The notes under the pieces are model-generated. The model was not told where the DNA came from. It was given only the letters and a program-made list of their open reading frames with translations, and searched no databases. From the IMG/VR virus record IMGVR_UViG_3300045988_174698: a DNA stretch of 64,000 nucleotides. The stretch is one strand, 5' to 3'. This DNA is from a virus. Position 1 is the stretch's first letter. Every line of letters starts with the position of its first letter. This document shows, in pieces, positions 48,980 through 60,765 of this stretch. Both the position numbers and the translations under genes were made by a program.

Positions 48980-49417
48980 TTAAACTCGTAGTTCTCCATA
49001 TTGGTTTCTCATTCTTGGAGATATTCCTAAATGTACCCATGTAGTAGACCCACTTTTTTCAATAAAGCATTGATCTATAATGACTTTATTTCTAGTAAAA
49101 TAATCTTTAATAAAGTTAAAGAAGTTTTCTACTCCTTTAACAGAAGTATCTTCAGGTTGTAAATCTACTGCTTCATAGTATTGATGAGAGCTATTACTTA
49201 CGCCCCCCACAGCTTTATTAAGGCTTGGCGATCTATATCCAGAAGTAATAGTAATAGCAGAGCCTCATGCTTCTCTTAATGGATCTAAATATTCTATAGC
49301 TAGTTTACTTAGTTTTTCTATTCCCTCTCATGTAGGTAGATTTTCTATTTTTTTACTAATAGCTGTATCACTTCTTAAAAGTTCACTTAATTCAAAATAT
49401 TTAGGGGTATTTATCAT
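48980..49417 (-). CDS. peptidase M15-family (VanY / L-Ala-D-Glu peptidase-like) cell-wall hydrolase, two in-frame TGA
   Basis: ATG 49417; the frame passes two TGA (LPTW, REAW) into track ORF 48980..49210. Contains ITITSGYRSP and SNSSHQYYEAVDLQ (SGxRS...S.H..G.AVD of the M15 family). Confidence 0.6.
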
Positions 49418-49518
49418 AATTTAATCTATAATATATAATTTACCAAATTTCTCTAAAATCATATAAATATTTATTTGCGCTTTGATTTTCTTCCATGTCG
49501 TCATTTTTATACACCTCC

Positions 49519-49797
49519 TTACTTCTTATTTCATTTACGGCTATTGGCAGCAAATGTTGCTCGTTTTCTAATTGCTGGATCGGGGGATCTTTTGCCTTTA
49601 GCTATACACTCACTAGTTACTTTCCCACCACAATATTCTGTAAACTTACCTCTATTTTTCTTTTTAATATGAATCTTAGAACCTTTTTTCATCATTTCTA
49701 TGTACCCACTTGTAATATTATCTAGTCCGAGATTGTTATGATACTCTGTACTATATACCTCTACAATTTTGTTTAAAATGTCATTGTTATATTTCAT
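49519..49797 (-). CDS. hypothetical basic small protein
   Basis: Track ORF 49531..49797 ends at TGA; four more codons to TAA at 49519. Confidence 0.35.
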
Positions 49798-49917
49798 ACT
49801 TTATAAAATAATTAATAGGATTATTATCTAGTAATATATGTTTTTGCAAAAATAATTATTTATTTAGATATTTGCAAGTATTTGGATAAATTATTTGGAT
49901 ATCAGAAAGATTTATTA

Positions 49918-49925
49918 TATATTTG
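49918..49925 (+). promoter_or_regulatory. Bacteroidota-type -7 promoter element (TATATTTG)
   Basis: 41 nt upstream of ATG 49966. Confidence 0.3.
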
Positions 49926-49965
49926 CATCATTCAAGTAAAATTATAAAGAGTTATATATATAAAT

Positions 49966-50658
49966 ATGGCAAAAACAAAACCTGATATAGATTCTGGACT
50001 TTCATGACTAGAAAGAATCCTACAATTATGTAAAGAGTATGGAGTATTTAATATTTTGAAGGGGTTATTTATTCTAATTATGTTAAGTTTAACACTTAGG
50101 ATTTGTTACAATCCTAGTTTTTTATTTGACAAATATACTGACTACATGACTCAAAGACATGCGAAAGAGTTACATAAAAGGACAGAATATGATCAACAAA
50201 TAAAAAGTCTCCTGCCTGTATATTTATATAAATATCATGCAGATAGGATATGAATTATTCAGTACCATAATGGTATTATGGACTGACAACATGGAACTAT
50301 GAGATTTGAATTATGTAATGATGAAGTTGAATCAATTAAAAATCAATATAATGATTTTAATCTAACCTGGATTAATCTTCCTTATTATTTAAAGACGAAC
50401 GAAGTATTTATAGGGGATATGGTTAAATTAGATAGTATTGATTCAACTCTTTATACACAACTCAAAAAAAATAATGTACAATATTTAGCCTGTACAATTA
50501 TAAAAGATAATAGTGGTTATCCAATTGGTATTTTAGGAGTGACTTGGAAAAATATTCCACCAAATATTGATAGATTACAAAATAAAATACATAACTATCT
50601 TATAGATGATAGAGCAGATATTAAAACTCTTATCCAATCTAATTATAATAAAGAATAA
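49966..50658 (+). CDS. hypothetical protein (230 aa), in-frame TGA codons
   Basis: ATG 49966; track fragments 50056..50253 and 50299..50658 share its frame; no TAA/TAG until 50656..50658. Confidence 0.5.
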
Positions 50659-50667
50659 AAGTATAAT

Positions 50668-51606
50668 ATGCCTAAACTTAGAGGGAGTAAATTAAAATAT
50701 GTTAATGGGTATGCAGTAGATAAAGAAAATGATAATATTATATACTCTGATGAAAAGCATATTTATATGGATAAGACCGATAATTCGAAATATGAATCTG
50801 TAACGACAATAATAGGACAGTACTGTCAAAAATTTGATTCAGACTTTTGGTCATCATATAAAGCTTGTGAGGCGTTATTAGACCCCACAGTGTTTTACCC
50901 ATTAAAATCAAAACTTCTTTCTTCTAAAAAATGAAAGGAGTCTTATATTGAAGAATATGGATTAGATCCTGTTGAATTTCTAAATAAGAAATCTGAAATC
51001 CTACAAAGTTATGAAGATAAGAGGAATGCTAGTACGGAACGTGGTACTAAAATTCATGCTATGATGGAAGATCTATTTTATCAAGGGGATAAAAAGGCAA
51101 TAAGCAAATATGCAGGAGGAGGAACTTTTGAGGTAAAGAAGGGATATTATAAACTAGATATTGACAGGGCAATTTATCCTGAGTTTCTTATAAGTTATGA
51201 ATTTGACGAATACTTAAAGATTGCTGGTCAAATAGATTATTTACAGATAAGTGATAATGAGATAGTTTTGTTAGATTGAAAGACTAACGGTAAGATTGAT
51301 AAAGAGTCTTATTTTGATAGAACTACTAAGAAAAGACAGATGATGCTCTCACCATTAGAAAATATTATGGATTGTAATCTATGTCACTATCAGTTACAAC
51401 TTAGTATGTACGCATATCTTCTTCAGAAGATTAATCCTAAATTCAAAATAAAAAAGCTAGCAATTGTTCATTTTGATCACGACGGTAATGAAACTGAATA
51501 TGAAGTAAAATATTTAAAAGATGATATTGCCAGACTTCTTTTATATCATAGGAAGAAGAATAAAATAAAAGCAGAACTTGATAGAGACAAACCAATAGTA
51601 TTTTAA
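50668..51606 (+). CDS. PD-(D/E)xK nuclease (YqaJ / lambda-exonuclease / Cas4-like fold), two in-frame TGA
   Basis: One frame from ATG 50668 through track fragments 51061..51279 and 51340..51606 (312 aa). Motifs TKIHAMMED ... GQIDYLQISDNEIVLLDW(TGA)KTNGKI (D...E.K core with the Trp at the recoded codon). Confidence 0.55.
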
Positions 51607-51612
51607 AATATA

Positions 51613-51852
51613 ATGATTATGGAAAATGTAGATGATTTATATGAAAATAGAATGAAGATTTGCAAAGAATGTCCTCTATATCTAGATAGTCCTATGGGAG
51701 CTAGATGTAATTCTAGGCTATATTTATCCGAAGCTGATAAAAAGACAGTAAGTGATAGACCCAAATTAGGATATAAAAGAGGTTGTAACTGCATGTTACA
51801 GAGAAAATTACGTATGCCCGCTGCAAAATGTGTTGTAGGGAAATGATAAGAT
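51613..51852 (+). CDS. zinc-ribbon small protein
   Basis: Track ORF plus one terminal TGA codon then TAA; CKECP...C..C...CNC cysteine pairs. Confidence 0.4.
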
Positions 51853-51854
51853 TT

Positions 51855-52073
51855 ATGAGAAAAATATTACATACAATTAAAAATATTATAATAGGGTGAT
51901 ATCGTAGATTCTTTAAACCTATCCCTGATTGAGCTGAAAGAAGATATAAGGTATGTTTAAACTGTCCTCATAAAGAAAAATTATTTGGAGAATACTGATG
52001 TACTTTATGTGGATGTAATTGCTATAGTAAATCATTAGTAGAAGATGAACAATGTTATGATAATAGATGATAA
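51855..52073 (+). CDS. zinc-ribbon small protein, TGA-recoded
   Basis: ATG 51855, 4 TGA, TAA 52071..52073; CLNCPH...CTLCGCNC. Confidence 0.35.
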
Positions 52074-52100
52074 TGTATAATTTTAAAATAATAATGAATT

Positions 52101-52625
52101 ATGAGTAAAGAAAAGTATCTAGGAACTGATTACTATCAGTTAACAGGAAAACATTTAATGGGCAATAATATTAAACGTGAAATTGATCCTGAAGCACTTA
52201 AAAGGGCACAAGAAAAATCAGAAAGAGATCAAATGGAGTATGTAGCTAATTTAATGGCAAAAGATAAAGATTGCAAACCATATGAGAATAAGAAAATTGT
52301 TCCTACGGCAGGTAGAGTAGTTGTATTACCTTACGAAAAGAATCCTTATCGTTTACCATTACATGAAACCACCTCTGGACTTATCTTAGGTGATTTTGAA
52401 ACATCTGCAACATATAAATCACAGGAAACTGGAGAACAAGAAGCCTCACAGCGTGGTATTTGGTGTTGTAAAGTTATTGCTGTTGGTAATGAATGTAAAA
52501 GTGTATTAGAAGGGGAAGATGTATATATTAATTTTACATTAGCTGCGCCACTCCCCTTTGGTGGAAAAGGATACTATACAATCAGTGAAAATAATATTAT
52601 TTGTAGTATAAGAGATAATGAATAA
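52101..52625 (+). CDS. hypothetical protein
   Basis: 174-aa ORF with standard TAA stop and no TGA. Confidence 0.5.
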   Translation: MSKEKYLGTDYYQLTGKHLMGNNIKREIDPEALKRAQEKSERDQMEYVANLMAKDKDCKPYENKKIVPTAGRVVVLPYEKNPYRLPLHETTSGLILGDFETSATYKSQETGEQEASQRGIWCCKVIAVGNECKSVLEGEDVYINFTLAAPLPFGGKGYYTISENNIICSIRDNE

Positions 52626-52653
52626 GATGCACTAAAGGTGAATATAAAAAGTT

Positions 52654-52905
52654 ATGGATATGAATGAAAATTTGAATAAAGAAGGTAACTCATACCTATT
52701 TTACACCCCTGGTCAGCTTGTAACCTTAAAACATAAGGAGCTAAATTCTCCAATAATGCTTATTCAAGAGAAAGTTACAAGGCAGTTTAAACAGGGAGAT
52801 CAGATGTATAATATCTTCAAGGGTATGAAATGTATTTGATTTGATAAAAATAATGTGCTGCAAGAAGCAGTATTTTCAACAAAAGATTTGGAATTATATA
52901 AATAA
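52654..52905 (+). CDS. hypothetical small protein (one TGA)
   Basis: Track ORF 52654..52839 extended through TGA to TAA 52903..52905 (83 aa). Confidence 0.4.
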
Positions 52906-52913
52906 ACAATCAT

Positions 52914-53138
52914 ATGACTTTACAAATTGATGGATTTATAGTTACAGGGACGCCTGATGAGGTAAATACTTTTATTAAACTGTATCAGGTAAAACAATAT
53001 ACCATTGTTAATTCCCAACAACCAATTATACCATTATATTATTCCCCTGATACTGATATTAAAAAGTGAGAGATAACTTGTAAAGATAGTAGTAATATTA
53101 GTAGTAATATTAATGGTAGTGTAGTTAAACCAGAATAA
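52914..53138 (+). CDS. hypothetical small protein (one TGA)
   Basis: ATG 52914, TAA 53136..53138, 74 aa. Confidence 0.35.
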
Positions 53139-53140
53139 GT

Positions 53141-54001
53141 ATGAATAAAGAAGACTTAACTCAGTTTATAGAGTGACTCCCAGTTAATATTAATGAGTTT
53201 AAAGATAAAACTCCTGATGAAGTAGTCACTATTCTAAATAAATTAGCCCAAACAGAAGAGGGGTTAAATGAAATATCTGGTCTTATTAGTCAATTTAAAC
53301 AAAAACAGATGTTTAAATTTGGGGGTAAATTAGGGCAACTTATTAATAAATTTCAACAAGGAGGAAAATCTGATCAGAGAAAATCTGATAAAGTAAGAAA
53401 AAATTTTCATGGAGTTAGTTTATTTGAATATGGTCCTAATAAATATAAAACTGCAAGAGGCACTTTAGTTAGAGATTTAAAACCAGGAGTTCATCAAGAA
53501 ACTCTTCCTAATGGTATAGGTCTAAGACAGATTACTAGAAATAATACTACAACATCAGAATTAGTATCTCCAGATAAAAGGGATACATTATATATTAATA
53601 ATGCAGATGCTGGAAGAATTGACAGTAATATTAATGATGCTGGTATATTAGGTAAATTAGGATTACGGACACCAACCCCTGTAAGTTCTAATTTTAGAAG
53701 ATTACAAGGTATTTTTAATGCCAAAAAATTTAATACAGGAGGAGAGGTAACTAAAGATGGATACAAGTCTAGTTCTGTAACAAATCCTGATGGTTCTATA
53801 AAACAAACTTTAAGATATCCTTCTGGGAAAGAAGAATATAGAACTATAAGTAGAGACAAACAAGATACTATATATACTAATAGTGTCAATGGTATTACTA
53901 GAAGAAATAATCCTAAATGATACCACTTTGTTGACAAAGAAGCTAATAAAAAAGGCTATGCAGAAAGACAAAGACGATTTAATGAACATTACAAAGAATA
54001 A
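53141..54001 (+). CDS. hypothetical virion-module protein (286 aa), two in-frame TGA
   Basis: ATG 53141; track fragment 53309..53920 in the same frame; TAA 53999..54001. Confidence 0.5.
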
Positions 54002-54585
54002 TGACAGATATATTCCTTTATAATAATACTACAGGATCTCTTGAACTTAATGTTCATGAGATCCTACTTGTAAAGGAGTTTGAGGCATTATGAGACTTAG
54101 ATAGAAATAAATGTAGTGAAGATCCTACAGGTAAAAAGAGACTACGAGCATGAAAAGAATTTAAATATATTTGATTATTTGCTGATTGGAAGAGTCCATA
54201 TCAACAATATTTAGAGATGGAAAAACACAAAGCAGCTATGGAAGATTCAGGACTATCTGATGAAGAATGAAATGATCCCACTTTTAGAGCTGCCGTTAGA
54301 AAATATATTGAAATTAAAGATTCTTCTCGTATTCTAAGTCTTATAAAAACTGCCTTCAGAACTCTTGAAAAGATGAGAGTATCATTAGACAATATTGACC
54401 TTGAAGAAAGAGATCCTGTAAATAACAAACCAATCTGAAAAGCTAAAGATATTCTTGATAGTATTGGTTCTATCGGCACTATGACTGATAAGTTAAAGGA
54501 ACTAGAACTAAACTATAAGAAAGATCAAATTGAAAGTAGTTCTAAAGTTAGAGGTGGTTTGGAGCGAGGATTTATGGATGAGTAA
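54001..54585 (+). CDS. hypothetical protein, possible terminase small subunit by position; 6 in-frame TGA
   Basis: ATG 54001 overlaps the previous TAA. Codon-by-codon read shows no TAA/TAG until 54583..54585 (194 aa). Immediately precedes the TerL gene. Confidence 0.4.
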
Positions 54586-54591
54586 TGAACT

Positions 54592-56910
54592 ATGGCGAAA
54601 AAACTAAGTATTGAAGCTGAAATGAGAGCTGCTCAGAGAGATATGAAGAAGAAGTTGAGTGGTGAAGATAAGGAAGAGGTAAAGAAGGTTAAAAAGAAAG
54701 CTAAACCAGTAAAAGAACAATATAAGGAAATAAAAGAATCTCTTAAAGAAAAAGAGGCTCCTAAGGAAATTGCTTTTAAAGATAATTATGAAGAGGAATT
54801 AATTAGGGAATTATTTAAAGGTGATATTACTGTTTCCCAAGCTCTGGGTAAAGAAGATGAGCCTGAACAACCTAAAAGAGAGAAAAGTGGATTGTGGGAT
54901 TATGTTCTCGAAGATGAAATAGAATTCTTTGACCCTGAATGTAGTTATGAATTGACTGGTTATAGACCTATAGATGAAACTCATGGATTAGATTTTGATC
55001 CAGCACCTTTTTGTGAAGCGGGAAGAGTCTATACTGAAACTGGTCACTATACTGAATATCCGTCTGGATCTAAACCATATGCTGATTTCTGACAAGAACA
55101 ATTAGATAGATGCATTAATGGTTATACGATTGGTAAGTATAGAATTACTGGAGATAATTATTTCTTCCTTAATTTTTATAGGATGCCTGTTGTAGACGAT
55201 TCTAAAAAACTGGCGGAAGCTTCTGGAGAAGGATTTCCAAAATTTGTAGCAGAGCAATATAAATTCTTTCATTATTTTGAAATGTGCGAACTACTTAAAA
55301 AAGACTGCGTTGCACTAAAAAGCCGAGGCATAGGCTGAAGTGAGATAGGAGCTTGTTTAGGAGTTCGTCCATTTATAACAGGAAGAAATTTTAATTCAAC
55401 ATATATTACTTCTTCACTAAACTATCTGGAGCCGACATTAAATAAATGTTGAGCCCAGCTTCATTTTTTAAATGGAAACACCAACGGTGGATTTAGAAGA
55501 CCTATGATGAAGATTAACAATGCTCTTCATAAAAGAACTTCTCTTACTGATAATGAAAATCGCGAATGAGGCAGATTAAATAATATAGAAGGAATTGTAG
55601 CAGATAATATTAACAAAGTCCGTGGTATTCGTTCTAATAGACTTTTCTGAGAGGAGGGAGGGTCCTTCAAAAATCTAGAGACTGCTTGAATTAAAGGAGA
55701 GGCATTAGTAACAGTTGCGGGTGCTAGAAAAGGCATTATGAGTGTCTGAGGTACAGGAGGTGATTCAGATGCTTCTGCACTAGAGGGTCTATCTAAAATG
55801 TTTAATAGTCCAAAAGAATACAATGTACTTCCATATAAAAATAATTACTCTGAGGATGGTGAAGTTCAATATACTGGTTATTTTATACCCGCTTTTAATA
55901 TTATGCTTAAAAAAGGTTTCTATGATAATAGAGGAGTTACAGATAGGAAAAAAGCAAGAGAACATTATGAAACTGAAAGAAAAAAGAAGTCTGGGCAAAA
56001 TTTATTAGATTATTGTGCAGAATTTTGTTTCACCCCTAGTGAGGCATTATTAAAACAAGGTGATGGTATTTTTGATCCAGTACTTATAGCAGATCGTTTA
56101 ACTCAACTTCGTATACAAAAAGTAGGGGTAAAACCACAACAAGTTGATTTGTTATGAGATGTTCCAAAAGGGTCAGAAAATAATCCAAGAAATAAAGTTA
56201 AACTTATTCCTAATCCACAAGGAAAAGTATTTATATATGAACCTCCTCTTAGAGACGGAGAAGGGAATCTTTATAAAAATCTCTATGTTGCAGGAATTGA
56301 CTCTATTGATCAAGGTACTGCAGATTCCTCAACAAACAATGATGTGTCTGATTTTTGTATAGTAATTAAGAAAAGAACATTAGGTTCTAGTTCTCCAAAT
56401 TATGTTGCAATTTATAAAGATAGACCTAGAGACATTGCTACGGCTTATGAAAATGCTATGAAATTATGTATCTATTATAATTGCAAAGCGATGTTAGAGC
56501 ATACAAAAATTAGTATTATTATGTATTTTCGTTCTAAAAAGAAAGATAATCTTTTTATGAAGAGGCCAAAATCAACGATGCCTGATATTCGAAAAGGTAA
56601 CTCTGGAATGATTGGATACCCCGCAACTGAAACGTATCTACGTCACGGACTTGAATTAATTAGTAGATTTGTAGATGAATCTTGTTATTCTATGCAGATT
56701 GATGAAATGCTGGAACAATTACTTAAATATTCCTGGGAACATAAACGTAAATTTGATATTGTTGCAGCTATGGTAGCTGCTGAATTAGGGGATGAAGACC
56801 TTTTAGGATTTACTCCAAAGGCTCAAGATGAAGTAAGAAATTCATGAAAGGATTTTGGATGATATTATGATTTAAATGGGCAAAAACGATATGGAATTAT
56901 ACCTTCGTAA
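54592..56910 (+). CDS. terL: terminase large subunit, about 772 aa, about 12 in-frame TGA
   Basis: Track fragments 54592..55092, 55798..56157 and 56344..56847 are one frame with no TAA/TAG from 54592 to TAA 56908..56910. Contains the deviant Walker-A-like KSRGIGW(TGA)SEIGA (TerL K/R-S-R-x-x-G pattern) and a C-terminal nuclease-like YVAGIDSIDQGTADS. Size and position fit TerL. Confidence 0.65.
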
Positions 56911-57199
56911 AGAAAGTAATCTTGAGTGTAGAGTTAGAGAACTAATTAACCAAGTTACACAGTCTAAGTATATTTCTCCTATTGATGTTAAGTATGAAGA
57001 TGGGATATATACATTAAGACTTGGATTAAATTGTAAAGATGCAGCTCCAATATCTTTTGGGTATCAAGGTAGTGAAGAAGGATTTTTAAAATTTTTAGAA
57101 AAAGAATTTAGAAAGAGAAAACTTCAAAATATTAATTATACTACAGGAGTACTTATAAATGGAGATAGTAATTTGCATTTTCCAATAATAGAGTTATAA
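56876..57199 (+). CDS. hypothetical small protein
   Basis: 107-aa standard ORF overlapping the TerL 3' end by 35 nt in another frame. Confidence 0.35.
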   Translation: MGKNDMELYLRKESNLECRVRELINQVTQSKYISPIDVKYEDGIYTLRLGLNCKDAAPISFGYQGSEEGFLKFLEKEFRKRKLQNINYTTGVLINGDSNLHFPIIEL

Positions 57200-57201
57200 A
57201 A

Positions 57202-59768
57202 ATGAATGTTGATAGAGAAATAAAACAAATTGACAAAGCTATAAGTGAGTTAATATACCCTAAGATAGCACTTCAAAAAGCTTATAATTACTATCACAGT
57301 AGACGAGATGCAGATCAGTTTAGGCATATTGAAGAAAATTATGGTATTGGTGTACCCACTGGAATTACATTTAATCCTCTTGTTCGCCCTCATATAGATA
57401 GGTTAATTGGAGAATATTTAGGATTAAATCAAGATTTAAAAATAACATGTAAAGATGAGGAAACAGTTTCTAATATTATGAGAGAAAAACAATTATTAAT
57501 TAGTAAAGAACTGTTTAATTATCTAAAAAAATATTTAGAAAATAATATAATATCTTCTATTATTAACAATGAAGAAGTTTCAACGGATCCATTTATTGAG
57601 AAACAATTAAATAAAATTAGTAATAGCATTAATGATTCTTTTGTATCTCAATATGAAATTGCAGCTCAGAATATTCTTGACTATTTAAAGCAGTCAAAAA
57701 ATATAGATTTAACAAATAAAATGCATAGTCTGCTTACAGATTTATGTATTACTGGTACATGTTATTATAGAGTAAGACCTTCTAACAGTGGAGATAATAT
57801 ACAATTTGAGGTATTGAACCCTATTAATACATTTGTAGAAAAAAATCCAAATTCAGACTATTTAGCAGATTCATACCGTGTAGTGGTTAGAAGGTATATG
57901 TCTGTAGAAGATGTTTTACTAGAATATCGTAAAGATCTAAAGGAGGAACACATAAAACTTCTAAAGGAAGAGAATAACAGCACAATTGAGTCAGACGGTC
58001 CTTCTTATTATATTAGAGCCACATCTCCTGAAATAGCTGGAGTTTGAAACAGTACTCATACTGGAATTTTAGGGGGACTAGAAACACATCCTATATGACC
58101 AGGTGAAACTAGCAGAACTAATAGGTACACTTACCCAAAAATGTGAACTGTTTATGATGTAGAATGAATTGAAGTTGATTATAAAACAGGAAAACAGACT
58201 AGACATGAAGGTACACGTATTGGAGAAGAAATTTATATAACTAGGGGGGAATCTGAAAATATTATTAGAACAAAAGATAATCCGAATAAATGTAGATTAA
58301 GTGTTAATGGTTTATTTTTCCTAGATAAGAATGGAGATCCAAACTCCTTGATTATCAAGACAATGGATCAACAGGATTAAGATTATATGAGTCCTGTCTA
58401 AACCTCGTGAATTGCTGGAAACTCTTAAATTGAATGAAAGTAAATCTAAGACAATCAGCAGCCAAGCTCGTAAGAGAAGGTTCAACGACTATCCTGAAAG
58501 GGAGTACACTCAAGTGAGTGGAAGTGCGGGGGCAAATTTGATTTAAACTAATTATAAGTAGTTATGAAATATAACGAAATAGAATTTAAAAATCTAGTAG
58601 CTACAGAATGTTTTTCAACAGATTTATTTGAATTAGTTTTAGAACAAATTTGTATGATATAGTCTAATCTATATGGTGACATATAGCAGTCGCAAGACGG
58701 GTGTAAATTAACGACTTACACTGAATAAAAATGAAATATGACTTATTAGTATTTTATCGAGATAACTTAATTTCTAGTTCAGGTACTGTTGGAGATTGAG
58801 TTGACTTAGCTTATGTACCACAGGTTTTAGGAGTAGATTTACCAGAACGATTACAAAAATGATTAGCTTATAAAAAGCAAGGTATGGGCTTAATTGATAG
58901 TAGTCAAGAAGGAGCTCAAACAATGAATACGATATTTAATGGTTATGATGATACTATTAAAGCACAAAGTATCCAGGCAATTAATTTAGCTATACAATCA
59001 ATTCAACAACAGGTTTCTATGGTCACTGGTGTTTTACCTGAGGCTCTAGCTCAGTATGAACAACGTGATGCTGTTTCAAATGTTAAGTTGGGAGTACAAA
59101 CTACAATGCTTTTAACTAAGCAAATTTTCAATGCTATGGATACTGTATATCAAGAAGCAAATTATGATATGCTTAACCTTGCGAAACTAGTTTGACCAAA
59201 AGGAATAACAGGCACAATTGTTTTAGGTAATTATTCCAAAATATTTACAGCCCTTCCCCAATATTATACCTTAACTGATTTTGATATTCATATTGAAGAT
59301 AGTACTAAATCTTATCAGAACGTACAATCATTAATTGCAATCAGTGGAGAGCTTGTTAAGAGCGGAGTAGCAGATTTAGGAGATATTACAAATATTATAA
59401 CTGCATCTTCTATTACTGAATTAAAGCGATATATTGATCGCTCTATAGCTCGTAAAAAAGAGGAAAATGATACTATTGAACAGTTACAACAACAAATTCA
59501 ACAGTATGAACAAAATTCTAAAGAACTTCAAAAAGTTAATCAACAATTACAAGAACAAATTCAACAGCTACAGAATCAATTACAAGCTAATAATCAAACT
59601 AAACTTGAAATTGAAGCAGAAAAGGTTGCAATTGAGAAAGAAAGGATGAGGAATGATAAGGAATATAATGATAAGAGTCTAGAAGTTAAAAATAAACAAA
59701 TTGATGCACAGGTTGCTGAGATATATGATGATAATCCGTATAATAATAAAATAAAAAGTGTAATATAA
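57202..59768 (+). CDS. portal-like protein split by a group I intron (exon 1 57202..about 58380; exon 2 about 58724..59768)
   Basis: Exon 1 frame (392 codons, 4 TGA) runs into a stop at 58378. A different frame opens at 58707 and runs (2 TGA) to TAA 59766..59768 with a Gln-rich coiled-coil tail. A group I core lies between them. Position after TerL and combined size (about 740 aa) fit a portal. Exact splice junctions not determined. Confidence 0.4.
58381..58723 (+). mobile_element. group I intron (ORF-less) in the portal-like gene; boundaries approximate
   Basis: R element GGTTCAACGACTATCC (58479..58494) and S element GATATAGTCTAA (58656..58667) in the correct order and spacing; P9-like hairpin GTGTAA-ATTAACGAC-TTACAC (58701..58721). 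No ORF inside. Confidence 0.5.
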
Positions 59769-60568
59769 TGAGTAACTTAAATGTTCGTTTAATAGTTTAT
59801 CCAAATTGCAAATTGTCTGCTATTGATGATAGTAGTTATACTAATCTGCCAGGTAGATATGGGACATTATTTGAAAATATAGCGGATTATGTCTCTTTAG
59901 AGTTTCTAGTATATTCTAATACAAATGAAATTGAACCCAATACTTTAATTTTTGAAAACTATCAACATAACAGAGATAATTTTTTAACAGATAGTATTTT
60001 TCCAATTATAAAAGATGGAGTTCATCATTATTATAAAATAGTTATTCCCAAACTAGAAACTCTATTTATCAAAGATACTCCTTCAGAAGATTTATACTCT
60101 TTAATATATTTAAAAGATCAGACATTCTACTATAACAATAATTTTTATGTTGCAAAACAGAATTATGAAACTGCTCCTACTTCTAAAGAGGAACTATTAA
60201 ATAAAATTGATCTTATTTTAAAAGAATCTGAAGCAGAAATTGTAACTAATTATATTGATCTTTATAAACTGTGTGGCAGTCAATCTTTTTGCTGCAAAAA
60301 AACAGTATTTACAATTTGCAAATTAACACAATGTTTACTAAATTTACAACGCCAAATTATAGATCATGCTATTTATAATAAGTGTGCTGATTATAAAGAT
60401 ATTATAGAAAAAAGAGACTTTATTCTAAGTACAATTTATGTTCTAGATTATTTAAAGGATATTAATAATTTTCAGGAAGCACAACGTATTGTAGAAAATG
60501 TTCTGGGATGTAATGATATTTGTAATACAGATAATACATTAAATAACAATTGCGGGTGTAATGGATAA
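59768..60568 (+). CDS. hypothetical protein with Cys-rich C-terminus
   Basis: 266-aa standard ORF (TAA stop, no TGA); ATG overlaps the previous TAA. Confidence 0.5.
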   Translation: MSNLNVRLIVYPNCKLSAIDDSSYTNLPGRYGTLFENIADYVSLEFLVYSNTNEIEPNTLIFENYQHNRDNFLTDSIFPIIKDGVHHYYKIVIPKLETLFIKDTPSEDLYSLIYLKDQTFYYNNNFYVAKQNYETAPTSKEELLNKIDLILKESEAEIVTNYIDLYKLCGSQSFCCKKTVFTICKLTQCLLNLQRQIIDHAIYNKCADYKDIIEKRDFILSTIYVLDYLKDINNFQEAQRIVENVLGCNDICNTDNTLNNNCGCNG

Positions 60569-60758
60569 ACTATATGAAACTTTATATATCCTCTATTCTA
60601 CTGAGCTAGTAAATCTAAATATTGGATATTCTTTAGATAGAAAGAAACTAAATCAAATGATAGATATTATAGGAGCAATAGAATATATAAAAAATACTAA
60701 CAATGATCAAGAGGATATTATTAATATAATTAATTACTATAATAAATATATCAACTAA
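60561..60758 (+). CDS. hypothetical small protein
   Basis: 65-aa ORF. Confidence 0.35.
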   Translation: MDKLYETLYILYSTELVNLNIGYSLDRKKLNQMIDIIGAIEYIKNTNNDQEDIINIINYYNKYIN

Positions 60759-60765
60759 ATTAATA

